Origin: an uncultured delta proteobacterium
GTDB taxonomy: Bacteria > Myxococcota_A > Polyangia > Palsa-1104
Reading direction: 5' to 3'
Length of the DNA stretch: 64,000 nt
NCBI GenBank assembly: GCA_963785725.1
Contig: CAWAWS010000003.1
Span: 416,001-480,000 of the forward strand
This document shows positions 38,301-47,961 of this stretch, in pieces. A program made the translations under genes and the position numbers. The notes under the pieces were generated by a model, which was given only the letters and a program-made list of their open reading frames with translations, did not search any database and was not told the DNA's origin. Numbering within the stretch: the first letter of the stretch is position 1; every line of letters starts with the position of its first letter.

Positions 38301-38535
38301 TGATGATGTAGTGGCCGCCCTCGTCGGTGAACTCGGTCTGCTCACCTTGCAAGGCCGGCGAGGTCACGGTGACGGTGACGCCGGCGAGCTTCTTGCCGGT
38401 CGCTTGATCGGTGACGACGCCCTCGATGTTGCCGGTCACGTCTGCGTGCGCCGTCGCGGGGACGAGCAAGAACCCCAAAAGCGCAGGCAACGCCCACGCG
38501 AGCAGGCGGGTCTTCTTGATGGACGAGGCGTTCAT
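35320..38535 (-). CDS. Oar-type TonB-dependent receptor with carboxypeptidase-regulatory-like N-domain
   Basis: GVTVTVTSPALQG, ENNYLIDGVN, TGGYNAEYGRATGGVVNVITKSGSN.FHG, SYGRFYESIPL, C-terminal LRFGVRLSF. ATGA overlap with the upstream gene. Confidence 0.93.
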   Translation of the reverse strand: MNASSIKKTRLLAWALPALLGFLLVPATAHADVTGNIEGVVTDQATGKKLAGVTVTVTSPALQGEQTEFTDEGGHYIITQLPPGEYLVRFYFSDIHVERPGIFLQSDKTLPVNITFPTQNAAMKTYVVVETAPIVDVGNTQQQTTVTSELLRNTPVQGRTYDAIMALAPGAAQGTGEAGIGKGASISFSGATGPENNYLIDGVNSTNPAFGLVGTQLTLEFVGETELITGGYNAEYGRATGGVVNVITKSGSNQFHGGLWLYATPLQLQANTVGRSGEAIVSRTKEKYGLDFGFDLGGPLVKDKVWFYVGFAPTFTSFETTRALRVRTDNDVPAGFAGQYAGDLDPNISCPAYLDKRLCTSPGYVEQNLGSQYSHSYETDKRLYNWIAKFNFQLNANNSLSIQYIGSPSTNEGALGTLNGSVGALLEKVFDNTHDAQLHFVSKLLDRRLQVDVLVGYHYEDARTTTPAAGQQSGVLYQQAESLSFFEPTVTPCNATASFNPCPVLNYQDGGLGFIAHTTNQRISAAASATYFARLGGTHAVKLGADFEDNIYKDARDYTGGAFYTITPDDSNPEIFREYARKIAANGGDGAGMLLPGGLAPTTKTLNYGAYLRDSYNVGFVPGLTVNAGVRWEGQQAQDSTGKTFIGIWDNWAPRVGAIYDWTRKGRSKIFASYGRFYESIPLDINDREFGGEGVITQYSVQCAGYPANPRLNPASCAQPTVGNNRISGGTNGIVAPDLKGQFSEEVVAGVQYDVGLDMVLGATYIHRDLGRIIEDVSPDGGNTYLVANPGSGVDEGEVKKLENKISATAPDPSTCSSLGGPGCPRANLQQQLAEYKNVGSGFPKPTRNYDAMVLTAQKRLSHNFTVLASYTYSRTVGNYPGLFQASNGQLDPNISTQYDLRELLINRNGPLPNDHPHNIKLLGSYFLPFGDNTVVLGLAFNGLSGSPIEVLGSHASYGPDESYILPRGSGGRTPFTTQFDLHMQYRRQISKIFTFEAYGDIFNLFDQQAIATVDEQYTTSAVRPIVGGTVADLVNLKTTTGGNVTLNPNYGRATSYQAPLSLRFGVRLSF

Positions 38536-39770
38536 TTGCACTGCTCCGGGGTGACGTGGTTCGCGACCGCAATCGGGTCCATCGTCGGGTCGGTCGTGTC
38601 AGGCGAGGTAACGGTGAAGATGATCGGGTCCGACGGCGGAGCCGAGACGCCGCCGCCGAGGCCCTTGGCGGTCGAGATCACGAGCGAGTAGCTCCCAGCC
38701 GGCCAATCGGCAGGAACGCGCGCCGCGCCGGTGCCGCTCGTGTAAACGAGGTCGAGGACGGTCGCGTTCAGTGCGGCCGAGCAGTCCGCGGCCACCGGCG
38801 ACGCGCCGCGATCGGCGTACGCTTCGAGGCTGGCGACGTTGAAGCCGGCCGGGCCCTTCGACGCCGTCGGGTCGAAGACGACCGTCGTCTCGTCGACGTT
38901 CTCCCAGTATGCGTACTGCACGACGTCGTTCGGCGCGATCGTCGTCGGCGACGCAGCGGCCGAGGTGAAGGTGACGCAGCTGCCGCCCGGGCCCGTGCAC
39001 GCTCCGACTGCGACGTTGAAGCCTTCGTTCGCCGTCAGATCTTCGGTGGTGAACTTGAAGTCGGTCGGATCGGCGAGCGGCACGCCGGCCGTGTCCGTCG
39101 CCGCCAGCCCCTGCTCGCTCTTCAACAGCGCCGGGTGGATGCGAATCGTATAGGTCGTGCTCGGGTTGAGGAGGAGCCCACCGGTCACGATCGCCGGACC
39201 GAACGGAACCCAAATGACGTCCGACGTAAACGTCGTCGCGCCACTGTTGTCCCAGAACGCCGTGATCGGGAAGTCGGTGCCATCCGGCTTGAGGAGCTCG
39301 AGAATCCCCGAGTGCAAAGCGTTGGTCTGGTTCGGCAGCTGCGCGCCATTGGCGTCGACATTCGTCGTCTCGATACTCGGATCGAGCTGCTTGTTGAAGA
39401 CGACGCGAATCGCGGTGTTGCCGCCGCTAAGGGGTACGCCGGCGCTCGTGACCTTGAGCGGATCGACGCAGAAGCCGTCAGAATGGCAGGTCAGATCGGG
39501 GATGGTCTGCGCGATCAAGAACTCGGTGACGCAGGGATTGTTGACCGCGCACGCGACGGGCGGCGTGTTGTCGAGCAGGTCGACGATGGCGGCCCGCTGT
39601 GGCCCATATCCCTGGAAGTAGTCGAGATCCTGGATGGTCAGACGCGTGAGCTGCGGTGCGCCCGCTGGCGCTTTGGATTGGCCGTACGACAGGTCGGAGC
39701 AGCCCGACCCTGCCGTCAGCGACGCGGTCATTAACGTTAATAGTGAGATAGTTCCGAACTGCATGCGCAT
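38532..39770 (-). CDS. Lipoprotein with Ig-like (Big) domain, partner of the TBDR
   Basis: RBS AAGGAG, lipobox GSGC, IRVVFNKQLDP..., YTIRI...L.S..G, FKFTT motifs. Confidence 0.8.
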   Translation of the reverse strand: MRMQFGTISLLTLMTASLTAGSGCSDLSYGQSKAPAGAPQLTRLTIQDLDYFQGYGPQRAAIVDLLDNTPPVACAVNNPCVTEFLIAQTIPDLTCHSDGFCVDPLKVTSAGVPLSGGNTAIRVVFNKQLDPSIETTNVDANGAQLPNQTNALHSGILELLKPDGTDFPITAFWDNSGATTFTSDVIWVPFGPAIVTGGLLLNPSTTYTIRIHPALLKSEQGLAATDTAGVPLADPTDFKFTTEDLTANEGFNVAVGACTGPGGSCVTFTSAAASPTTIAPNDVVQYAYWENVDETTVVFDPTASKGPAGFNVASLEAYADRGASPVAADCSAALNATVLDLVYTSGTGAARVPADWPAGSYSLVISTAKGLGGGVSAPPSDPIIFTVTSPDTTDPTMDPIAVANHVTPEQCK

Positions 39771-40922
39771 GCTAGCTCCTTAGTCCTTGGGCAATCGAAT
39801 CCCGTCGCCGTGGCCGCCTGCCACGGACGCGCGTGGCGCCCGCTCTCCGATCACGTCTCGACCGGCTGCGTATTCGCCACTCGAACGCATCGACGGCTTG
39901 CCCGCTGGCTGCCACTCGCTGCGTTCTCTTTTCGATCAGTCTCTTTATAAGAGACCGATCAGGTTCATCTTCGGCACACCCTGGGTATGCGCCCGCTCAT
40001 GCCACTGGTGATGCGCCAGTCTTCAACGACAGCTCACCAATGACCCTCGTTGGAGAAGCCCCCAAAGCTCGCACAGGCCTAAGCCGGCAACGCTTGTTGC
40101 GTCACCGCGTCGCCGCGCGGATTGAGCGTCGTTCGCGCGCTCAAAGGCGGCTTCACGGCGAGCGCTATCGTCGCTATAGGGAAACATCAACTCGGCGAAG
40201 TAGCGGTTGCCATCAAAGTGGCCGGCCGGACGCCGAGAACGCGAGAATGGTTCAACGCGTAACGCGCCGACAGAATCGAACGTATTGGGCGACGCGGCGC
40301 CGACCAGATCAGCCACTGAACGAGTCGTCGGCGCCGCAGTAGCGCATTGAGGTCGCGCATCAAAGTCTCAGATCCTTGTCGAGGTCGCCGCGCCGACTTG
40401 CAAAGCTGCTCGCACTGTCGCGATCGCTCTGCCGGACACGACGATGCGGACCGGCGCCGTCGGTGTCGAATAGGCGGCTTCAGGTTGCAGCGTTACATCC
40501 GCCGGCTGAGAGAAGAGCTGCGTCATCGTTGCCCGGTTGACTAGACACCCTGTCGCGCAAAAGGCGGCAAACGTTCTCATGCGCGAGGTCGCGCGCCTTC
40601 TCTGCGCGGACAGTCACCGTCACCGCGTGTCCCGTCGCTACGTCAGACGCGGGCTCTTCGGGCGGCCCCGATCTATCCAGGATCGCGATCGGTGAGCGGC
40701 TGTCGAAACAAGCGGCAGAGCGCGATGAGGAGCCGTCGCTCCGTGCCCACTACGACGCGCATCCCGACGGACGCGAACGAGCTGCTGCGTAGGTCGCGCC
40801 TGCCGACGTATCTCGACGGACGTAGCGGGGGCACGTGACTCCGTAGATGACGTCGCCGGCCAGTATGTGGACTTGGTGGCTACACTGGCGCGGCTAACGC
40901 CGCTCTCCATGCGGTTCCTGCG

Positions 40923-40937
40923 TGGAATGGAACTTGC
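40923..40937 (+). promoter_or_regulatory. Putative sigma54 promoter (-24/-12)
   Basis: TGGAATGGAACTTGC has GG-N10-GC spacing and lies about 30 nt upstream of the GTG start at 40968, with an AAGGAG RBS in between. Confidence 0.4.
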
Positions 40938-40967
40938 GATCTGCCACACACGAAGGAGCAACTCCTC

Positions 40968-42305
40968 GTGTCCAAAAGCCACCCGCTATCGAAGCTGTCC
41001 TCGCGTCTTTTCTGGCCCGCTGCCCTGGCACTGACGCTGGCCGCCTGTCCCGCGCCAAAGTCGGTGCCGGCACTGCCGGCACATCTCGTTGTCGACGACG
41101 CCGTGTACCTGTTCGACACGGTGATGGGCCCTCCCGCGCAGCATCAATTCAAGCTCACCAACGACGGCGGCAGTACATCCGCGACGCTCACGACCTCATT
41201 GACGGGTGCCGTGACCAACTTTGCCGTCGTCGCGGATAACTGTCAGGGAACGAGGCTGGGAGCGACCGGGAGCTGCCTGGTCACGGTCGCGCTCAGCTCG
41301 CCCACGAGCGGCTCGTTCATGGGTGAGCTCCACGTCTCCGATGGCAACAGTACGGCCGACGCGCTCATGTCCGGTACGGTCGCGCCGGCGTCGCTGGTCG
41401 TGACAAGCAGCAGCGCGGGCAGCGTCCCCGCCGGCTCGACGACGCCGGCCGCCGTCTACACCGTGCGCAACGCGGGCGGCGCGACTTCGGGCGCGCTCTC
41501 CGTGTCGGTCTCGCCGGGCCAGATGACCCTCGACAACTGCTCCGGCACCGAGCTGGCCGGCGGCGCCACGTGCACCTTTAGTGCTGATGCCAGCACCGCA
41601 ATCAACGACAGCGGCTCCGTGACGATAACCGGCTCGGCCACCGGTTCACCCGGCGGCGCGGCTTCCGCTGAAGTTACCTTCGCGATTGTTCCCGCGGCTA
41701 CGTTGCAAGTCACCAGCGTCGACTTTGGCAGCGCCGATCCCTCGTTTGCATACGCAGGTGTCACGGTCACCAATCCCGGAACCGCTCCCACCGGCCCGCT
41801 CAGTGTCGCCGTCGCGGGTTCCGGTACGCCGGCCACGAACGGCGCTGCGTTCATCAACTACACCGCCAATGGCAGTGATATGTGCAGTGGCGTCTCACTG
41901 GATGCAGGCCAGAGCTGCAAAATTCTGATCGAACCGGCCAGGGATGTCGCCGAGAGCGGCGGCGTGTACAGTGGAACGGTCAGCGTCAGCAGCCCTGCGA
42001 CCCATCCCGGCTCGGGAACGATCACGCTGACGACGATTCTCAATCACATCGACATTGGCCTGAGCTTCGCTGGAGCTGGCAACGGCAGCATTCAGGCACT
42101 GGGCAGCACGTTCTGCTCGACTAGCCAGGGTACTCCCACTTGCGGCACGAGCATGGAGAACGGAACTAGCCTCGCTTTCACTGCGGTACCCGCAGCCGGC
42201 TCGGTCTTCGGTGGCTGGACTGGCGCCTGCACCGGAACGTCGCCGTCGTGCACCATCACTGCTGCCAACAACGTCAACGTCACCCTCCAAGCGACGTTCA
42301 ACTAA
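40968..42305 (+). CDS. Ig-like (choice-of-anchor D/ASH-type) repeat lipoprotein with C-terminal InlB-B-like repeat
   Basis: Lipobox LAAC. Repeated (F/Y)T(L/V).N.GG...L...DNC.G..L..G..C modules and a C-terminal FGGWTGAC.G...C. Confidence 0.85.
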   Translation: MSKSHPLSKLSSRLFWPAALALTLAACPAPKSVPALPAHLVVDDAVYLFDTVMGPPAQHQFKLTNDGGSTSATLTTSLTGAVTNFAVVADNCQGTRLGATGSCLVTVALSSPTSGSFMGELHVSDGNSTADALMSGTVAPASLVVTSSSAGSVPAGSTTPAAVYTVRNAGGATSGALSVSVSPGQMTLDNCSGTELAGGATCTFSADASTAINDSGSVTITGSATGSPGGAASAEVTFAIVPAATLQVTSVDFGSADPSFAYAGVTVTNPGTAPTGPLSVAVAGSGTPATNGAAFINYTANGSDMCSGVSLDAGQSCKILIEPARDVAESGGVYSGTVSVSSPATHPGSGTITLTTILNHIDIGLSFAGAGNGSIQALGSTFCSTSQGTPTCGTSMENGTSLAFTAVPAAGSVFGGWTGACTGTSPSCTITAANNVNVTLQATFN

Positions 42306-42815
42306 GCCAGCACCTCGCCGCCTTTGCCGATAATGCTTGTAGGGGCTGCGGGTTCGCGACAGCTCTCGTACGCCCACTAATCGAATCCGTCTTATTAAGA
42401 TGCGTCTCGTCGAATGGCTTCCGCCATCGCTCCGCACACCACGAGCGACTTGACCACCATCAGCCCGTCGCAGCCTTGGCTCGCCGTCTTTTGTCTCATT
42501 GCCGAGACAGTCCACGCCGGCCACTTGCTGCCGACGCCTGTTCTATGAGCTACGCGTGAGCACTGATTCGAATCGCTTCAAATCGCTGTGAATAGAGACG
42601 ACCTCTCAATCGTATAAGACACGCGACAGCGGAGTGCGCTCTCCATGATATCGCGTGTGGCCTATCTAGCTACTTTGGAATGGCGAAGAGGCTCCGCTGT
42701 TACGGCGACGGAGGGCAGCGATTGCCGGGCACGTCATGACCATCGCCGGCTCAGTCCCCACGGCGCGCGCGACGTCGCCTTGCGCGCGCCCTCGTGATCC
42801 CAATAGCGACGGAAT

Positions 42816-44006
42816 ATGCCCGCGCTTAGCCGCGACGATGGCGATCTCGCCTATGCGGTCGTGCTGGCGCTATTCCTTCACCTCGCGCTCATCGCCACTC
42901 TGCAGTGGAACCGAATACGCCCGCAGCGTACCGCCACTACAGTCGGCGAGGCCAGGTCGCTCGCCATCGAGATCGACTTCGCGCACGGTCGTTCAGCGTC
43001 TTCGCAAACGCAACCTGCCCTAGGCGCCTCTGTGCGTCCGCCGCTCGCGCGGCACCGGCGGGAGCCACCGTCGACCCCTGTGTCGGCGGAAGCGGTGCCG
43101 TCGCGGCTCGCGCGCTCGATTCCCCCACGCGTATCGTCGGAGGCTGAGGAATCGCGCGCGATCGTGTCGCCGCGAGAGCCGGCCGGCGGAGCCCTCTGCA
43201 TGCGCGATTGCAAACCTACGCCGGAACCCAGTGACCCGACACCAGCTGCCACGACGGCCCCAGCGGTGGCGATCGCTGAGAGCATCCAGGCGCGCACCCT
43301 GACCGCGCCCGGCGGCGGCAGGATAGTTCTTTATGGCGACGGGGGCCGGCTTCTTTCAGGCGACAATGGCGCGCAACCGAGCGAGCAGGTCTGGAGGCTG
43401 GCGTTGTCGGAGCTGGCGAATGGCAAGGTGGGATCCCGATCGGCTCGGGAGGTTTGCGCCGGCAGCGGAGACTCGCCTACGAAGGAGCGAACGCTGGTCG
43501 TCCTCCTCGATACGTCGGCGTCGATGCGCGGGCTCGGGACGACGTGCGCGGCCGCCGCTGCGCTTTCGGCGCTCGAAAGAGGGGTCGCGGTGGAGGTTTT
43601 GAACTTTTCGACGCGACTGATTCATCAACCGCCCACGCACCTCGCCAAGGATATCTACGACGCCGTTACGACCGTACAGAACGGCCACACCAAGTTATTG
43701 GCCGCGGATTGGTTGGTCAGTCAGCGCGCGCTACCTCGCAACTTCGTCATCGTCAGCGACAGTCGAATCTCCAATCTCGGAGACACTATCCCGTCGTATG
43801 AGCGGGCGATTTCTAGCAATCCCGAGAATCGCGCCGTCTTCTACCTCGTCGGCCCCGGAAGCACACAGTGCCTGGACCAATGCATCAACCCACACACCGA
43901 CGGGGACGACGGTTTCTGCGAGAGCTGTGGAACGGGCCGCGAGCTCGATCAGGTCCGCGCGATCCAGTCGGCTGGATTCCAGGTCGTGAGGATCACCGAT
44001 AAATGA
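42816..44006 (+). CDS. Membrane-anchored Pro-rich protein with VWA-like domain
   Basis: TM segment AVVLALFLH, Pro/Ala linker, VVLLDTSASM MIDAS motif, VIVSD. Confidence 0.7.
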   Translation: MPALSRDDGDLAYAVVLALFLHLALIATLQWNRIRPQRTATTVGEARSLAIEIDFAHGRSASSQTQPALGASVRPPLARHRREPPSTPVSAEAVPSRLARSIPPRVSSEAEESRAIVSPREPAGGALCMRDCKPTPEPSDPTPAATTAPAVAIAESIQARTLTAPGGGRIVLYGDGGRLLSGDNGAQPSEQVWRLALSELANGKVGSRSAREVCAGSGDSPTKERTLVVLLDTSASMRGLGTTCAAAAALSALERGVAVEVLNFSTRLIHQPPTHLAKDIYDAVTTVQNGHTKLLAADWLVSQRALPRNFVIVSDSRISNLGDTIPSYERAISSNPENRAVFYLVGPGSTQCLDQCINPHTDGDDGFCESCGTGRELDQVRAIQSAGFQVVRITDK

Positions 44007-44136
44007 ATCGAGACGCGATCAGAGGATAGCCCGACGAAGCCCGGCTGACGCCGCACGCCGGCGAAACGCCGGCGATGGCGAATCGCCGCAGCCGCGGCGT
44101 CAGCCGGGCATAGATAGATATCAACGGACGGCCGGA

Positions 44137-45129
44137 TCACCTCGAGATGACCGGCCCGTTCAAGGGGAGGTCGATGCGGCGGCTAGGTATCAGCAGCAGC
44201 TTCCCACTCGCCTTGCCGCTCATGCTGATCTCCATCGCCTCGCGCCACTGCTCGAGCGGGAAGGTGCGGGCGATGGGAATGCTGAACCTCCCGGCCGCTG
44301 CAGCCTGCGCCGCCTCTGCGAACGTCTCGTAGCGCAGCGGAAGCCCCGAGTCGTAGTTACCACGCACGCCGAGCTGCGGGGCCGAGCGATCGGCGATGGA
44401 GAGCACTCGCTTCGGATTGCCGTCCACGATGCGGATGAGCTCGGGCAGCGCGCCGCCGACGGTGTCGAGCACGAGGTCGACGGGGCCGAGCGCGTTCACC
44501 CGTTCGACCATCCCGTCGCCGTACGCGGTCGCCGTCGCGCCGAATTCGCGCAGCTTGTCCGCGTAGGTGGAGCCAGCGGTGGTGAAGACCTTGATGCCGC
44601 GCGCAAGGGCGATCTGCACCGCGCCGAAGCCCATCATCGAGCCGCCGCCGTGGATCAAGAGCGTCTGCCCGCTCTTCACGCCGAGGGCGTCGAGCGCATG
44701 ATGACCGATGATCGCGGCCATGGGCAACGCCGCCGCGAGATTCATGTCGAGACCGGCGGGCACCTTCGCCCAGTGGTCGAGCACGGCGACGTCGGATGCG
44801 CCGGCGCTCGGGTAGCTGGCGAAATCGGCGAAGCCGAGCACCTTGTCGCCGACGACGACGTCAGTGACGCCCGCGCCGACGGCGTCGACGATGCCGGACA
44901 CGTCGATGCCGATCCCGTGCGGCAGCTCCATGTCGTACAGCTTGCGGCACAGCGCCCAGTCCGCCGGGTTCAACCCGCAGGCGTGGACGACGACCCGGAC
45001 GCGGTTCGCGCCCGGAGTGGGGACGGGCGCTTCGTCGAGCTGGAGCACCTCGGCGGGCTCTCCGTAACCATGGAAGCGGACGGTGCGGATGGTCGAACGA
45101 GCGGCAGTGGGGGTGGTCCTGTCAGTCAC
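44137..45129 (-). CDS. NADP-dependent MDR oxidoreductase
   Basis: FHGYGEPAEVL, GLNPADW, GIDVSGIVDAVG, LIHGGGSMMG, FPLEQW, GKLLL. Confidence 0.92.
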   Translation of the reverse strand: MTDRTTPTAARSTIRTVRFHGYGEPAEVLQLDEAPVPTPGANRVRVVVHACGLNPADWALCRKLYDMELPHGIGIDVSGIVDAVGAGVTDVVVGDKVLGFADFASYPSAGASDVAVLDHWAKVPAGLDMNLAAALPMAAIIGHHALDALGVKSGQTLLIHGGGSMMGFGAVQIALARGIKVFTTAGSTYADKLREFGATATAYGDGMVERVNALGPVDLVLDTVGGALPELIRIVDGNPKRVLSIADRSAPQLGVRGNYDSGLPLRYETFAEAAQAAAAGRFSIPIARTFPLEQWREAMEISMSGKASGKLLLIPSRRIDLPLNGPVISR

Positions 45130-45269
45130 TGAGCACCTCGCGCTGGCGTCGACAGCGCCGAAAGATTGTCGAAGGTGGTGGCGTCGGGTGAAGCCAGCCG
45201 ACCCGCTTGCAATCCATAGCCGGCTACCGAGATTAAATGCCGGCTACCGAATGTCAAGCCGTGTTGATC

Positions 45270-45713
45270 TCAGCCGCGGAGGTTCGCGTCGAGCCGCTCG
45301 AGCAATTCAAAGAGTTGGGTTCGCTCTGCGTTCGAAAATTCTGCGAGCGCCTTCTCTTCCACCTGCCGCAGTCCCCGAGGGAGGTGGGTACGAAGCCGTG
45401 CACCGGCCGGTGTCAGGTGGATCGTGGTCTGGCGTCCGTCGGTCGGATGTCTCTTGCGGACCACGATCCCGGCCGCCGCCATTCGCTGGAGCGAGCGGAC
45501 GACCGTCGGGCCCTCTACGCCGATCGCCTCCGCAATTTCCCCCGGCGTCTGACCGTCTTGCTCCCAGAGTCGTTCAAGGATGAAGTTTTGGCCCGCGTGA
45601 ACGCCATGGCGCTCGAGCGCCACCTGTATCGACGCATTGAGCGCGCGAGCGACACGGGCCATCACGTGAAGAAGGGAAGGAACGGCCTCCTGTTTCTGCC
45701 GGCGGGTGCTCAT
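45270..45713 (-). CDS. MarR-family transcriptional regulator
   Basis: LWEQDGQT..EIA..IGVE.PTV.RSLQRM...G.V.R...DGR...I.LT..G. Confidence 0.93.
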   Translation of the reverse strand: MSTRRQKQEAVPSLLHVMARVARALNASIQVALERHGVHAGQNFILERLWEQDGQTPGEIAEAIGVEGPTVVRSLQRMAAAGIVVRKRHPTDGRQTTIHLTPAGARLRTHLPRGLRQVEEKALAEFSNAERTQLFELLERLDANLRG

Positions 45714-45822
45714 CGGAGAAGTGTTACAGCGGCTGGGCCTATCTCATAACCACTTTCGTTCGCGCGTCGTATCGGGACGGCTCAGGAGTAGTCCGCGACG
45801 ATTCACCACTCGAGACGGAATG

Positions 45823-46330
45823 TCATTCGTAGCGCAGTGCATCGACCGGATCGAGCCGCGCGGCGCTCCGCGCCGGCATGACACCGGCGATCACGCCGAC
45901 GATTGCGGCGAAGCCGAGGGTCGTCGCCACGATCCAGGGCGAGAGCTGCACGGGAAGCGCCGGCACGGCGAGGCGCAAGAGCGCGATGATACCGGCGCCG
46001 ATCGCCAGCCCGATGATGCCGCCGAGCGACGCGATCACCACGGCCTCGACCAAGAATTGCATAAGGATGGTCGTCCGCGTCGCGCCGACCGCACGCCGCA
46101 CGCCAATCTCGCGGGTCCGCTCGCGCACCGATACCAGCATGATGTTGGCGATTCCGATACCGCCGACGACGAGCGCAATCGACGCGATGGCCAGTAGCGC
46201 GACGGACATCATCGCCATGATCGAGTTGACCGTCGCGAGCAGGTCGTCTTGCGAGACCGCAGTAAAATCGACGGTGTTGTTGTGACGCCGCTTGAGCACC
46301 TCGCTCACGTCCGCGATCGCCGCCTGCGTG
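45823..46330 (-). pseudogene. MacB/FtsX-type ABC permease, C-terminal fragment only
   Basis: LVVGGIGIANIMLVSVRERTREIGVRRAVGA...FLVEA...AARLDPVDALRYE. The N-terminal periplasmic domain is missing. Confidence 0.85.
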
Positions 46331-46735
46331 CAGGACTCGTTGACCAACATGCTCGCCGGCGACATCGTGCCGCTCATCAGCCCGGTGCAAAGCCCGCAGA
46401 TCGGCGGCGCCAGCCTGTTCACGACGCAGACGCTCGCCTCGAGCACGCCGACGGTGAGCTGGACGGCGCCGACGCTGGGCACGCCGCTGCAGTACTCGGT
46501 GGTCTTCATCCCCGTTTATTACGACTCCAACGCCAACAACACCTACGGCGGCGCGCGCATCAGCTTCTTCACGGCGACGACGTCGGTGACGGTGCCGCCG
46601 GGCGTGCTCGCCGCGGCGCAGCCCTACGTCGTCGAGATCATGGCCAACCGCAACCCCAACTTGACGGCGCCCAACCGCGACGTCGAGACCAACAGCACGG
46701 CGGTCGTCATCTCGGCGCTGCTGACGACGCCGTAG
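46328..46735 (+). pseudogene. C-terminal fragment of a myxobacterial FN3-like surface protein
   Basis: IVPLISP...TPTVSWTAP.LGTP..Y...TSVTVPPGVL...Y...ISALLTTP. Strong GC3 bias. No RBS or signal peptide. Confidence 0.6.
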
Positions 46736-47126
46736 CCGTCAGTCGTCGCTGCGAAGTCACCGCGAGGTGCTCCGGTCGCTCCATCCGGCCGGCTTCGAGC
46801 TCGCGGGAAAAGAAAGGAGCCCGCCTAATCTGGTCCATTCATGGGATGGCCGAGCTAAGCGGGCCTCCCCGCTGGACTTGAGATTTCGTCGTGAGAGAGG
46901 TGCGGACGGTCCAGGCCGTCCGCACACGTCAGGACGAACGAGCGCGATTCTGGTTGTCCGGTCGGTATCAGGCGGACCGCAGACATCGAGCGAACGCCGT
47001 TCCCCGTGATTGTCCCGCCGGTGTCCCCCGGTGCGACTGAAGCCGCGGAGCATGTTTTCGCGTGCGACATGATGACGCACCTAATCACGCGATGAGCCCT
47101 GGCGCCCGAGACCATACGATGACGAG

Positions 47127-47885
47127 ATGGGAAGCGTGGCTTGGTTCATGGTATCCGGGACGGCCGTCATCGTGCTTGCGAACGGCGACGGCGTCCAGAT
47201 GACGATCGATCAGCGCGTCATGGAAAACCAGGTCAAGCGCGCCCCGAACGCCATCAAGTACGAGATCATCGACAACCGTTTGGTCGTTGGCGGACTCGGC
47301 CCAGGAACTCTAACTGCCATCGATAGCCGAACGAAGAAGCCGGCGCTGGACGCAAACGGACAGATCCTGTTCGACTATGACTTCCATCGTTTTCTAAAGA
47401 GTGTCGCCTCGTCGATGAAAAAGAGTTTCTCTGGGGACGCGTTCGCCCATTCCCTTTCGAGCGCTGCGCAAAAAACGTTCGCCCCAGCGGCGGGCATCCT
47501 CAGGGACAGGAATGCCGTCCAGTACGTGGTGATCGGCGTAGAAGCTGGAAGGCCGCGTGGATGGCTGACTAGCATTGATGGCGGCTCCCATTTTGCGATG
47601 AGACTTGAACCGATCCCAATGCCTGTTCTCGACCCGAAGACGGGCCGGTGGAGTGACACTGCATTGCTGGCGGGAATGGAGGGCAATCAACCAGCGATGA
47701 TCGCTCGCGTCAATGTGGAGCAGCCCGCGCTGTTTGAGTCGCCAACCTTCGCGAACATAGCCAAAGCGGCTGGCTACGTCATGTCCTATGAAGCCGCGGC
47801 GAACCCGAACGTCGGAGAGCCGTTCGACCAATTTCTGATTGGGACGGATGGCGTGATTCACCATCAAATCTGGAGCGCGCTGTAA
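47127..47885 (+). CDS. Hypothetical protein, possibly Ntn-hydrolase (proteasome beta-like) fold
   Basis: GTAVIVLANGDGVQMTIDQR, KYEIIDNRLVVGGLG and a C-terminal NVGEPFDQFLIGTDG. Confidence 0.6.
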   Translation: MGSVAWFMVSGTAVIVLANGDGVQMTIDQRVMENQVKRAPNAIKYEIIDNRLVVGGLGPGTLTAIDSRTKKPALDANGQILFDYDFHRFLKSVASSMKKSFSGDAFAHSLSSAAQKTFAPAAGILRDRNAVQYVVIGVEAGRPRGWLTSIDGGSHFAMRLEPIPMPVLDPKTGRWSDTALLAGMEGNQPAMIARVNVEQPALFESPTFANIAKAAGYVMSYEAAANPNVGEPFDQFLIGTDGVIHHQIWSAL

Positions 47886-47961
47886 TCGAAGGAGTGGAAG
47901 GGTCGCGGCGGACGCCGCTGAGGAATGCTGCGTGCGAACGCGCGCGGGGAGGAGTACGGCA

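Noticed and set aside
36235..38691. 818-aa plus-strand ORF
   Set aside because: Antisense shadow of the Oar-type receptor.
39771..40967. ORFs, riboswitch or tRNA in the 1.2-kb intergenic region
   Set aside because: The ORFs lack codon bias or motifs, and no recognisable riboswitch or tRNA consensus was seen by eye. An Rfam scan would be needed.
46900..46925. 10-bp hairpin GTGCGGACGG-N6-CCGTCCGCAC as a terminator or IS end
   Set aside because: No U-tract, no second copy and no transposase nearby, so no function can be supported.
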